A stretch of 39,383 nucleotides of DNA from contig CABUZD010000001.1 of assembly GCA_902495945.1 (NCBI GenBank), forward strand, positions 1 to 39,383. Reading direction: 5' to 3'. The position numbers were made by a program, and so were the translations under genes. Source of the stretch: an uncultured Collinsella sp. (GTDB lineage Bacteria; Actinomycetota; Coriobacteriia; Coriobacteriales; Coriobacteriaceae). The notes beneath the pieces are model-generated. The model was not told where the DNA came from and made no database searches. It saw only the letters and a list, made by a program, of their open reading frames with translations. Below, piece by piece: positions 7,930 to 16,027 of the stretch. Each line of letters begins with the position of its first letter. Position 1 is the first letter of the stretch.

Positions 7930-9555
7930 CTACTCCTTATCAAACGAAACATCGGCGACGGGAAGCTCAATCGTAAAGACCGAGCCGTGCGGGTCCGCCG
8001 CGGCAACCTCTATGCTACCGCCATGCGCCAGCACAATGGAGCGGCAGAGCGAAAGCCCCAGGCCAACGCTGCGGTGGCTGTCGGCCAGGCCATGGTTGGC
8101 GGTATAGAACGACTCAAAGATGCGTTCGCGATCCTCGGGTGCGATGCCCGGACCATCATCGGCCACCGAGCACGCCACGCGTCCATCGTCGACGCTAATC
8201 GAAATCATGATATGCGAGCCTGCGGGCGTATAGGTGATGGCGTTGTTCACCAGATTGACCACCAGCTGCACCATCAGGCGCGCATCGACGTTGACGAGCG
8301 CCGGCTCATCGCACGCCACCACCTTAAGGTCGTGCTCGCGCACGGCAGGGTTCACGTGGCGCAGCGCCTCCTCGACGATATCGTCCATGAGCTCGAGTGT
8401 GGTCGACAGGCGCATACCGCCACCCTCGAGCTTGGTGATGGCGAGCAGGTTCTCGACGGTGGCGTTGAGCCATTGCGCATCCGAGCGAATGGAAAGGAGC
8501 AGGCCGCGGCGCGTCTGGGCATCGAGCACCGCGGTGCCGGTCGAGCCCTGATCGAGCAGGACATCGGCGTTGCCCGAAATACTGGTGAGCGGCGTACGCA
8601 GATCGTGCGAGATGGAGCGCAGCAGGTTGGCGCGCAGCTGTTCGTTTTTGGCGAGCACCGCCGCCTCCTCGCGGGCCTCCATGGCGCGGGCGCGATCGAG
8701 TGCCAGCTCGCCTTCGCTCACGATGGCATCGGCAAGTGTTCGCTCCTCGTGCGTCAGCACGTCGGGCTCGGCAACGATAGCCAGCACGCCCACCACCGAG
8801 GCGGGGTCGCCCGAGCGCGCGAAGCCGTCGCCTGTGCGAACCGTCAGGTAGATGCCATAAAACGCCGAGCCGCCAAACGTGGCGTCGAGCGGCGTTCCCA
8901 CATAGGCGGATGCCGAGAGCCGCGGCGGCATCTGCGGCGCCAGTTCGTGCACCGGTGCGGCATCGCCCACGGCCGTGTATGTCGCACGCGGCAGCAGGTC
9001 ATCGCCCTCGGCGTCGGCGCTGTACCACACGACCGGACAGCCCGAAAGACGCGCCAGCTGCGTGGCCATGGCATGGACAATCTGCTGCTGATCGGCGCAC
9101 CGCTGCAGCATGCGGTTGGTCTCGAGCACCATATGCGTGCGGCGGTCGCTGGCGGCAGCCTGTGCCAAGGCACGGCGCAGGGCCAACGCAATCGAGCTCG
9201 ACACAAGCGAGACCACGAACATGATGAAGAACATGCCGGGATAGCCGCGGTCGATAAGCGACAGCGAGTAGCGCGGGTCGACAAACAAGAAGTTGTAGAG
9301 CGCCACGGCGGCAGCCGAGCTCAGCAAGCAATACAGGCGACTCCAGGTAAAGAATGCGCACAGCTGAACGGCGAACACATAGACGATCATGATGCTCGGC
9401 GCGAGACCCGGATGGTCGAGCAGCGCGCCCACAATCGTCGCCGCGACCAGCAGCCCCACCGATACGCAGGCGTCATACAGAGGAGTGCGGCGCGTCAGCG
9501 TTGTGCGCCGCCACCAAAAGCTATCGGCAATATCGCCGTCCGTACGGACGTCCAT
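7930..9555 (-). CDS. kdpD: KdpD-like sensor histidine kinase (4-TM DUF4118, GAF-like, HisKA, HATPase), lacking the N-terminal KdpD/USP domains
   Basis: YNFLFVDPRYSL, NEQLRANLLRSISHDLRTPLTSISG, NLVNNAITYT, DDGPGI, GLGLSLC; only 541 aa; abuts kdpE. Confidence 0.85.
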   Translation of the reverse strand: MDVRTDGDIADSFWWRRTTLTRRTPLYDACVSVGLLVAATIVGALLDHPGLAPSIMIVYVFAVQLCAFFTWSRLYCLLSSAAAVALYNFLFVDPRYSLSLIDRGYPGMFFIMFVVSLVSSSIALALRRALAQAAASDRRTHMVLETNRMLQRCADQQQIVHAMATQLARLSGCPVVWYSADAEGDDLLPRATYTAVGDAAPVHELAPQMPPRLSASAYVGTPLDATFGGSAFYGIYLTVRTGDGFARSGDPASVVGVLAIVAEPDVLTHEERTLADAIVSEGELALDRARAMEAREEAAVLAKNEQLRANLLRSISHDLRTPLTSISGNADVLLDQGSTGTAVLDAQTRRGLLLSIRSDAQWLNATVENLLAITKLEGGGMRLSTTLELMDDIVEEALRHVNPAVREHDLKVVACDEPALVNVDARLMVQLVVNLVNNAITYTPAGSHIMISISVDDGRVACSVADDGPGIAPEDRERIFESFYTANHGLADSHRSVGLGLSLCRSIVLAHGGSIEVAAADPHGSVFTIELPVADVSFDKE

Positions 9556-9583
9556 CAGTGCCCCGCCCCTCTCTCAAAAACAA

Positions 9584-9635
9584 AAACCACCACAAAGGGA
9601 CAGGCACCTTTGTGGTGGTTTCCCTTGTGGTGGTT
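9584..9635 (-). terminator. Hairpin with U-tract on the minus strand just upstream of kdpD; REP-like core; one arm duplicated
   Basis: aaaccaccacaaagg (9584-9598) / cctttgtggtggttt (9607-9621); extra arm copy at 9622-9635; A-run at 9576-9586. Confidence 0.55.
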
Positions 9636-9666
9636 CCAAGTGTATAGCCTTTGCAACCGACGGTCG

Positions 9667-9861
9667 CTAGACAAACAGCACGTGCGCGAGCAGGGCACAC
9701 ACGCACACCGCTCCAAATACCAGTGCCACGATCGAAATTACGCGATCGGCCATATCCATGTTGGCACGGTTCGTCAAAAACCGATCTTCGGCGGCGTCAG
9801 CGCGTGCCTCACGTACCAGCTCGGCAACCACCTCGCGGCCATCAAGCATCTTTGCATCCAT
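9667..9861 (-). CDS. Small protein with one C-terminal transmembrane helix (64 aa; alternative start 9891)
   Basis: GGGAGG RBS before ATG 9861; hydrophobic tail VISIVALVFGAVCVCALLAHVLFV; co-oriented between kup and kdpD. Confidence 0.6.
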   Translation of the reverse strand: MDAKMLDGREVVAELVREARADAAEDRFLTNRANMDMADRVISIVALVFGAVCVCALLAHVLFV

Positions 9862-9922
9862 GTTTGCCTCCCCGGTCTCAATCTTGTCCATCGAAAACCA
9901 ACTCCGTGCAACCCGTCGGCGC

Positions 9923-11950
9923 CTACGGCCGCTCGTTGGGGGCCAGGCGCTGCATCTTGTTCACGGCCTTGAACTTGGTGAACAGCGGCACGTACTCAAA
10001 GCTCACGTTGGAGTTCTCCAGGCCGTACCAGCGTGCAGGCGTGCCGGCGGCGCGGCGGATGATGTACTTGAGCGTGATGGCCGTACGCTCGCTCGGCTCC
10101 ACATCGCTTTCGGGCGCCAGAAGCTTACGAATCAGGACGAACTTGAACGTACCGATGTTGCCCGGATCCTTGTAGACCGAGTAGTCATGCGTCTGCGCCG
10201 GCAGCTCGCCGGTGGCAGCCAGGTCCTGAACGACCTGACGCAGATAGGCATTGACGCGCTGGTTGATCTTGTAGCCCAGGTACAGATGCACGCGGAACAC
10301 GTAGTCGGTGCCGAACGTCTCGACCGAATAGGCAAAGGTATGCGGCTCATCCATGGTCTCGACATTCACGAACCACCAGGCACGAGCGCGCTTGGGATGC
10401 TTGTCCAAGATCGAGTAGACGATATCACGGTCAATGTAATCGGTATGGGTGTCCTTGGTCAGGTACACGATGTTGTCGCTCATGCGCTCATAGCGATCGT
10501 CGTCGCGCAGGCGCTTGAGCTGCGGCAGGTAGCTGCGCAGCGGCAGCAGCGTAAACTGGCGCTGCTCGACCGCCGTGCCGTTGTACCAGCACACCATAAT
10601 GCCCATGATGAGTGCAGCCATGAGGATGGTGAAGTAGCCGCCGTGGAAGAACTTGGTGAGCGAGCTCACGAAGAAGAAGCCTTCGAGCAAAAGGAAGAAG
10701 GCCGCGAAGATCCACGGAGCAACCTTGAGCTTGCGCTCCTCGTGCAGGTAGAAGAAGAGCAGCAGCGTGGTGCACATCATAGTCAGCGTAATGGCAAGGC
10801 CGTAGGCGGCTTCCATATGCGCCGAGTTCTGGAACAGCAGCACCACGATGACGCAGCCGACAAGCATGACGTTGTTGACCATGGGGATGTAGAGCTGGCC
10901 CTTGGTCTCGGCAGGGTAGAAGACCTGCATGTGCGGCATGAGGTCCAGGCGGCTGGCCTCGGACACCAGCGAGAATGCGCCGGTGATGAGCGCCTGCGAG
11001 GCAATGATGGCCGCGACGGTGGAAAGGCCTACGGCAAACGGGCGCAGGCCCGGGGCGAGCATCTGGTAGAACGGGTTGAGATCGGCAATGCCCATGAGCT
11101 CGGGGTTGGCAGCGTTGTTCATAAGCCAAGCGCCCTGGCCCATATAGGAAAGCAGCAGGCAGCACTTAACGAACGGCCAGGTAGCGTAGATGTTGCCGCG
11201 GCCGACGTGGCCCATGTCGGAGTAGAGCGCCTCGGCACCGGTGGTGGCGAGGAAGCAGCTGCCCAGAATCATGATGCCCGCGTGGTTGTTGGGGCTCAGC
11301 AAAAAGGCGATGCCGCGCACCGGGTTGAGGCACAGCAGCACGGCGGGGTGCTGGAAGACAAAGAACAGACCCGTGCCGCCCAGGAACAGGAACCACAGCG
11401 TCATGATGGGGCCAAAGGCGTGACCGATCTTGGCCGTACCGATGCGCTGTACCAAGAAGAGCGCGATGATGATGGCGAGCGTAATGGCGACGACGCGGCC
11501 CTGATCATCGCCCAGCACGGCATGGACCGCCGGGATAGTGCGCAGGCCCTCGATGGCCGTGGTAACGGTAACGGCCGGCGTCAGGATGCCGTCGGCGAGC
11601 AGCGCGGCGCCACCCAGCATGGCGGGGATGATAAGCCACTTGCCGCAGCGCTTGACCAGGCTGTACAGGGCAAAGATGCCGCCCTCACCATGGTTATCGG
11701 CGCGCAGCGAGATGAGCACATACTTGATGGTGGTCAGCAGCGTGACCGTCCACACGACAAGGGAGAGCGCGCCGAGCACGAACTCCTCCGTGACGCTTCC
11801 GATGCCGCCGTTGCCGGCAACGAGCGCCTTGGTTACATACATGGGGCTGGTGCCGATATCACCATACACCACGCCCAGCGTGACGAGCATCGCCGAGATG
11901 CTCACAGGAATCGCAGCGTGCGAGGCTGCCTCCTTGGCCTTTTGTTCCAT
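9923..11950 (-). CDS. kup: KUP/HAK/KT potassium transporter
   Basis: LGVVYGDIGTSPMY, ADNHGEGGIFALYSL, DGILTPA, TGAEALYSDMGH, IIASQALITG, GQLYIP, AAYGLA; ATG 11950 with GGGAGG. Confidence 0.96.
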   Translation of the reverse strand: MEQKAKEAASHAAIPVSISAMLVTLGVVYGDIGTSPMYVTKALVAGNGGIGSVTEEFVLGALSLVVWTVTLLTTIKYVLISLRADNHGEGGIFALYSLVKRCGKWLIIPAMLGGAALLADGILTPAVTVTTAIEGLRTIPAVHAVLGDDQGRVVAITLAIIIALFLVQRIGTAKIGHAFGPIMTLWFLFLGGTGLFFVFQHPAVLLCLNPVRGIAFLLSPNNHAGIMILGSCFLATTGAEALYSDMGHVGRGNIYATWPFVKCCLLLSYMGQGAWLMNNAANPELMGIADLNPFYQMLAPGLRPFAVGLSTVAAIIASQALITGAFSLVSEASRLDLMPHMQVFYPAETKGQLYIPMVNNVMLVGCVIVVLLFQNSAHMEAAYGLAITLTMMCTTLLLFFYLHEERKLKVAPWIFAAFFLLLEGFFFVSSLTKFFHGGYFTILMAALIMGIMVCWYNGTAVEQRQFTLLPLRSYLPQLKRLRDDDRYERMSDNIVYLTKDTHTDYIDRDIVYSILDKHPKRARAWWFVNVETMDEPHTFAYSVETFGTDYVFRVHLYLGYKINQRVNAYLRQVVQDLAATGELPAQTHDYSVYKDPGNIGTFKFVLIRKLLAPESDVEPSERTAITLKYIIRRAAGTPARWYGLENSNVSFEYVPLFTKFKAVNKMQRLAPNERP

Positions 11951-11985
11951 AAGCCGGTTTCCTCCCAACTTTAATGTTCGAAGGG

Positions 11986-12056
11986 ATTATAGGTAATCGG
12001 CCCATGTTTTAATGCACTGTTTTCCCAGCTAGATAAAGATTTATACAGTCTTTAGG
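11986..12056 (-). promoter_or_regulatory. kup promoter: TATAAT -10 with a poor -35 and an upstream KdpE-type direct repeat
   Basis: TATAAT at 11991-11986 (minus); TTTATA-CAGTC-TTTAGG at 12040-12056. Confidence 0.55.
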
Positions 12057-12072
12057 CTACCGCGGCGATATG

Positions 12073-12107
12073 GAATGCGGCAAAGGGACTGTCCCTTTGT
12101 CACATTC
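12073..12107. repeat. REP-like palindrome at the 3' end of the nitroreductase gene
   Basis: gaatgcggcaaagggac-t-gtccctttgtcacattc; core resembles the 9591-9612 palindrome caaagggacaggcacctttg. Confidence 0.55.
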
Positions 12108-12108
12108 G

Positions 12109-12957
12109 TCATTTTCCAAGCCAATTTTTGAACCACCACTCCATGGAGCGGCTCATCTCGGCCATAAAGGGACTGGTGTGTTTGCGGGCGTAGATATCCA
12201 CCACGCGCTCGCCCACCTCGCGGGCATGCGGGCGAAACATCGCGTCCATCTCGGCCACCTGCGCGTCCATGGTCGCAGCATCGGCGCGGCAGTAGCGCTC
12301 CTCGTGTACCAGGTTCACCACAGGATGCGCAATGGCCGGACGCTCCTTACGGGGCGTGCCGATGATGAGCATCGACAGCGGCATGGTATAGGGCGGCAGA
12401 TCGAGCAGCTCGGCAACTTCCTCGGCATTCTCGACGATATCACCGATGTAGCAGCTCCCCAGCCCCAGGGCTTCGGCGGCAACCACGGCGTTTTGCGCGG
12501 CGATCACGGCATCCTGCGCCGCGATGGCAAAGTCGCCCAAACCCGGCGCGCGGCGGGGCGCCTTGCCCGTGCGCTCGACAAACTCGGGCTCAAAGCAACC
12601 CACATGCTCAAACAGATCGATCCACTTGGCATAGTCGACCACAAATATAAGTGCCCAGGGCGCCTTGGCGATCATGGGCTGGTGATCGCACAGGTCGGCC
12701 AGACGATCGAGCGTGGCCTGTTCGCGAATGCTTACGATGGAGTACATCATCATGGCGCCTGCCGACGGCGCACGGCTCGCCGCATGCAGGATCGCCGCCC
12801 GCTGCTCGTCGGTCACCGCCACGGGACGATCGTCGTCATCACGCGCGAAGGCACGCGTGGAGGAACGGTGCTCCAACGTGTCCAGCACCGCATTGCCCGT
12901 GGTCTCGACCGGATAGCCACACGTATCCACAGCCTTGGTGCAAACCTGCTCGTTCAT
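12109..12957 (-). CDS. Nitroreductase family protein (NfsA/FRP-like)
   Basis: HRSSTRAF, RAPSAG, QPMIAKAP, DAVIAAQNAVVAAEALGLGSCYIG, ELLDLP. Confidence 0.9.
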   Translation of the reverse strand: MNEQVCTKAVDTCGYPVETTGNAVLDTLEHRSSTRAFARDDDDRPVAVTDEQRAAILHAASRAPSAGAMMMYSIVSIREQATLDRLADLCDHQPMIAKAPWALIFVVDYAKWIDLFEHVGCFEPEFVERTGKAPRRAPGLGDFAIAAQDAVIAAQNAVVAAEALGLGSCYIGDIVENAEEVAELLDLPPYTMPLSMLIIGTPRKERPAIAHPVVNLVHEERYCRADAATMDAQVAEMDAMFRPHAREVGERVVDIYARKHTSPFMAEMSRSMEWWFKNWLGK

Positions 12958-13170
12958 CGCCTCATCCTCGCTAATTCTTTAAGAAGCCTTTACGTTTCCG
13001 TGTAATTCCCGTCCATTATCGCGCAGGTCGCCACTACATTGCGCCACACCGCCACACGTGCGCGTTAATATGGCTGGTTGTTGTGCGCAGACACCAATTG
13101 CAGCGCATATCTTGGTAACAATCGGGTAAACCCCCGCTTTCGTACGTTTTAGTTTGTGAGGAGTCTCAGC

Positions 13171-15471
13171 ATGTTCGCTGCCGCCATCTCGCTCGTCGGT
13201 CTTGCGGCGACCGTCTACCTTGTCTTGCGCGAGGCCAAGGCCATTCGCGCTCAGTCGGGCACCGTTGCCAAAAGCGCTCTTGGGTGGAGCATCGCCTTCG
13301 GCCTGTTCCAGGTCTTTTTGACTATTTGGGGCGCCGTGGGCCTCGTCGCTCAAAACGAGCCGCTCGCCTTTGTGATGCTCATCCTGACCAACGCCATCCT
13401 CACCGGCTGCGCTTGGGCCAGCATCGCACGCGACCGCATCGCCCCGCGCGTCTTTGCGTTCGCCGCGCCCGACGCCCCCGCCCCCACCGGCAAGCTCGCC
13501 CGCCTGCGCGGCGCCTTTGTGGGCAAACCGCTCGTCGCCGCCGTCCTGTGCCTGCTGCTCGCCGGCGTCTTTGCGCTGCTGGGCATGGAGGTCTCGTCCA
13601 ACCACGACTTTACTTGGGTCTACCCCCTATGCATCCTGCTCGAGTGGGCCATCATCACCACGCTCATGGTCGGCCTGTTCTTCCTGTTCCAGCGCCACGG
13701 CGCAGCTTCCGCGGTCCTGGCCTTTGCCCTCTTTGTCCTGGGCATTGCCGAGTTCTTCGTCATCACGTTTAAATCCATGCCCATCCAGCCGGGCGACCTT
13801 TCGGCCATCTCCACCGCCGCCGCGGTCGCCGGCACCGGCTACACCTTCTCGATCTCGCTGTTCTGCGTGCTGTCCATGGGCTTTACCGCCATCGCCATGC
13901 TGCTGTGCGAGTACGCCGGCCTGGTAGCACCGCACCGTCAGAAGGGTGCCGCCAACGCCAAGCGTATGCTGCTCACCAACCTGCTCGTGGCAGTGCTGTG
14001 CCTGGGCGGCGTAACCGCGCATGTCACGCTCATCGACTACTACAACACCCTCGGCATCACCGTCTACACCTGGCGCCCGCTCGAGAGCTACTGGCGCGAG
14101 GGCTACCTGCCCGCCTTTATTAGTGCGGCGCAGTCCATCAAGCCGCCCAAACCCGCCGACTACTCCGTCGACGATGCCAAGGCCACGCTCAAAAAGTACG
14201 CCAAGGCCTACGACAAGTCCGACGCGGCCAAGAGCGACGAGCGCGCCGCCGCAAAGGAGCAGTTCGACAGCGAGAAGCCCACGGTCATCGCCATCATGAA
14301 CGAGACCTTCTCAGACCTTTCGATCTACCAGAACATGCGCGCCGGCTACGAGGGCCCGCAGTACTTTAAGAGCCTGTCCAACTGCCTCAGCCGCGGCAAG
14401 CTCTACGTGAGTGCCTACGGCGGCGGCACCGCCAATACCGAGTTTGAGTTTATGACCGGCAACTCCATGGCCAACCTGGGCTCGGGTGTGTACCCCTACA
14501 CCATCTACAACATGGAAACGACCGGGAATCTGGCAGAGCAGTTCAAGTCGCTCGGATATTCCACCACGGCCATGCACCCCAACCACGCGACCAACTGGAA
14601 CCGCGAGAACGTCTACAAGGACTTTGGCTTTGACCAGTTCCTGTCCATCAACGACTTCCAGGGAGCCGACACCCTGCGCGGCATGGTGACCGACCAGGCT
14701 ACCTACGACAAGATTCTCGAGTTGCTCGACCAGAACGCCGATCCGCAGTTTATCTTCGACGTGACCATGCAGAACCACTCGGGCTACGACACGGGCCTGC
14801 TGCCGGTCGACAAGCAGATGCACCTGAATATCGACACGACCGATCTGGACGCCAAGACCGTCGAGGACGGCACGCTGTCCGATGTCGACGAGTATGTCTC
14901 GTGCATCGAGCAGTCCGACCAGGCGCTTCGCTACTTCCTCAACGCCCTGAGCAAGCTCGACCGTAAGGTAGTCGTGGTGTTCTGGGGCGACCACCAGCCG
15001 TTCTTCCCGTCCAAGTTCAACGATAAGTGGTTTACCGGCGAGGACGATGCCACGCACCAGGAACGTCTGTGGCAGACCGACTACATCATCTGGGCCAACT
15101 ACGACGTTGCCGGCTGCGACCAGACGAGTGAGGTCGACGACCTGTCCACCAACTACCTGTCCACGCAGCTCATGCAGCTGATTGGCGCCCCGCTGACTGA
15201 CTACCAGAAAGCGCACATGACGCTGCGCGAGTCGCTGCCCGCTATCAACTCGGTCGGCTACGAGGACGCCAGCCTGCGTTGGGCGCTCTCCTCCAACGTC
15301 ACCGGTGACGACGCCGAAGCCGCAGCCGCCACCAAGGCGCGCGAGGATTACGCCAAGATGCAGTACTACGAGATGTTCCGCGACGGCAAGAACGTGTACA
15401 CCGAGCACTTCCAGACCGAGGCCAACGAGACCGACCCCAACCTGGCACCGGGTACGACCAAGATCAAGTAG
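13171..15471 (+). CDS. LTA synthase family / sulfatase-domain membrane protein
   Basis: Multiple N-terminal TM helices; IMNETFSD, YGGGTANTEFEFMTG, MHPNH, TMQNH, WGDHQP motifs; ATG 13171 after GAGGAG. Confidence 0.9.
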   Translation: MFAAAISLVGLAATVYLVLREAKAIRAQSGTVAKSALGWSIAFGLFQVFLTIWGAVGLVAQNEPLAFVMLILTNAILTGCAWASIARDRIAPRVFAFAAPDAPAPTGKLARLRGAFVGKPLVAAVLCLLLAGVFALLGMEVSSNHDFTWVYPLCILLEWAIITTLMVGLFFLFQRHGAASAVLAFALFVLGIAEFFVITFKSMPIQPGDLSAISTAAAVAGTGYTFSISLFCVLSMGFTAIAMLLCEYAGLVAPHRQKGAANAKRMLLTNLLVAVLCLGGVTAHVTLIDYYNTLGITVYTWRPLESYWREGYLPAFISAAQSIKPPKPADYSVDDAKATLKKYAKAYDKSDAAKSDERAAAKEQFDSEKPTVIAIMNETFSDLSIYQNMRAGYEGPQYFKSLSNCLSRGKLYVSAYGGGTANTEFEFMTGNSMANLGSGVYPYTIYNMETTGNLAEQFKSLGYSTTAMHPNHATNWNRENVYKDFGFDQFLSINDFQGADTLRGMVTDQATYDKILELLDQNADPQFIFDVTMQNHSGYDTGLLPVDKQMHLNIDTTDLDAKTVEDGTLSDVDEYVSCIEQSDQALRYFLNALSKLDRKVVVVFWGDHQPFFPSKFNDKWFTGEDDATHQERLWQTDYIIWANYDVAGCDQTSEVDDLSTNYLSTQLMQLIGAPLTDYQKAHMTLRESLPAINSVGYEDASLRWALSSNVTGDDAEAAAATKAREDYAKMQYYEMFRDGKNVYTEHFQTEANETDPNLAPGTTKIK

Positions 15472-15486
15472 CGGGTCGCTCATAAC

Positions 15487-15621
15487 TGAAACGTCTGTCC
15501 GGGCGGAGGTATGTAAGGCTCCCTGCTCGGACAGTCCTGCGCAAGACGGAGGCCACATTAAGTGGCCTCCTTTGCGTGCGGAACTCGCGATGAACCTTAT
15601 ATGCCTCCGCCCGGACAGACG
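15487..15621 (+). ncRNA. Structured ~130-nt repeated element, copy 1 (candidate ncRNA or ssDNA hairpin element)
   Basis: 30-bp outer stem 15492-15521 / 15592-15621; apical stem ggaggccac-attaa-gtggcctcc; near-identical core at 20747-20880 on the opposite strand. Confidence 0.6.
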
Positions 15622-15707
15622 CCCTGTTGTTGGAGCGTGGCTTGTCTTGGGTGTATCGCCGAACATATATAAGTTGAAGGCCACGTTATGTGGCCTTCTT
15701 TGTTTGC

Positions 15708-15938
15708 GGAAAGTGTGTCCCGAAATTCTTGTCTGGAATGGGATGCAGTTTCCGCTTGGGACCCGATTGGGAAAGTTCATCCCATTTCTCGGTCTAATTA
15801 TGGGACGCAGTTTCCCGTTGAGGACCCTTTGGGAAAGTGCGTCCCGGTCTGGGCGCTCAAACTGGGATGGATTTTCCGGATGAGGGCTTGACGGAAAATG
15901 TGTCCCGTTCCGGGCGCTAATTGTGGGATGCAGTTTCC
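15708..15938. repeat. Phased array of alternating inverted 14-bp motifs (8 motifs, 62-bp period)
   Basis: GGAAAnTGyrTCCC-type motifs at 15708, 15770, 15832, 15893; reverse-complement motifs at 15740, 15802, 15864, 15925. Confidence 0.9.
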
Positions 15939-15962
15939 GCTTGCGGAGTCTCCACTCAACAG

Positions 15963-16001
15963 AAAACCCGGGTGGCCTGTTTTTTGGCTACCCGGGTTTT
16001 T
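15963..16001. terminator. Bidirectional intrinsic terminator
   Basis: aaaacccgggtggcc-tgttttt-ggctacccgggttttt, just downstream of the stop at 16028 of the minus-strand gene. Confidence 0.75.
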
Positions 16002-16027
16002 GGGTTGTCGATATGTTCGACTGGCTA

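Noticed and set aside
11951..12108. c-di-AMP (ydaO) riboswitch upstream of kup
   Set aside because: The predicted leader is only about 30 nt and no ydaO consensus is visible.
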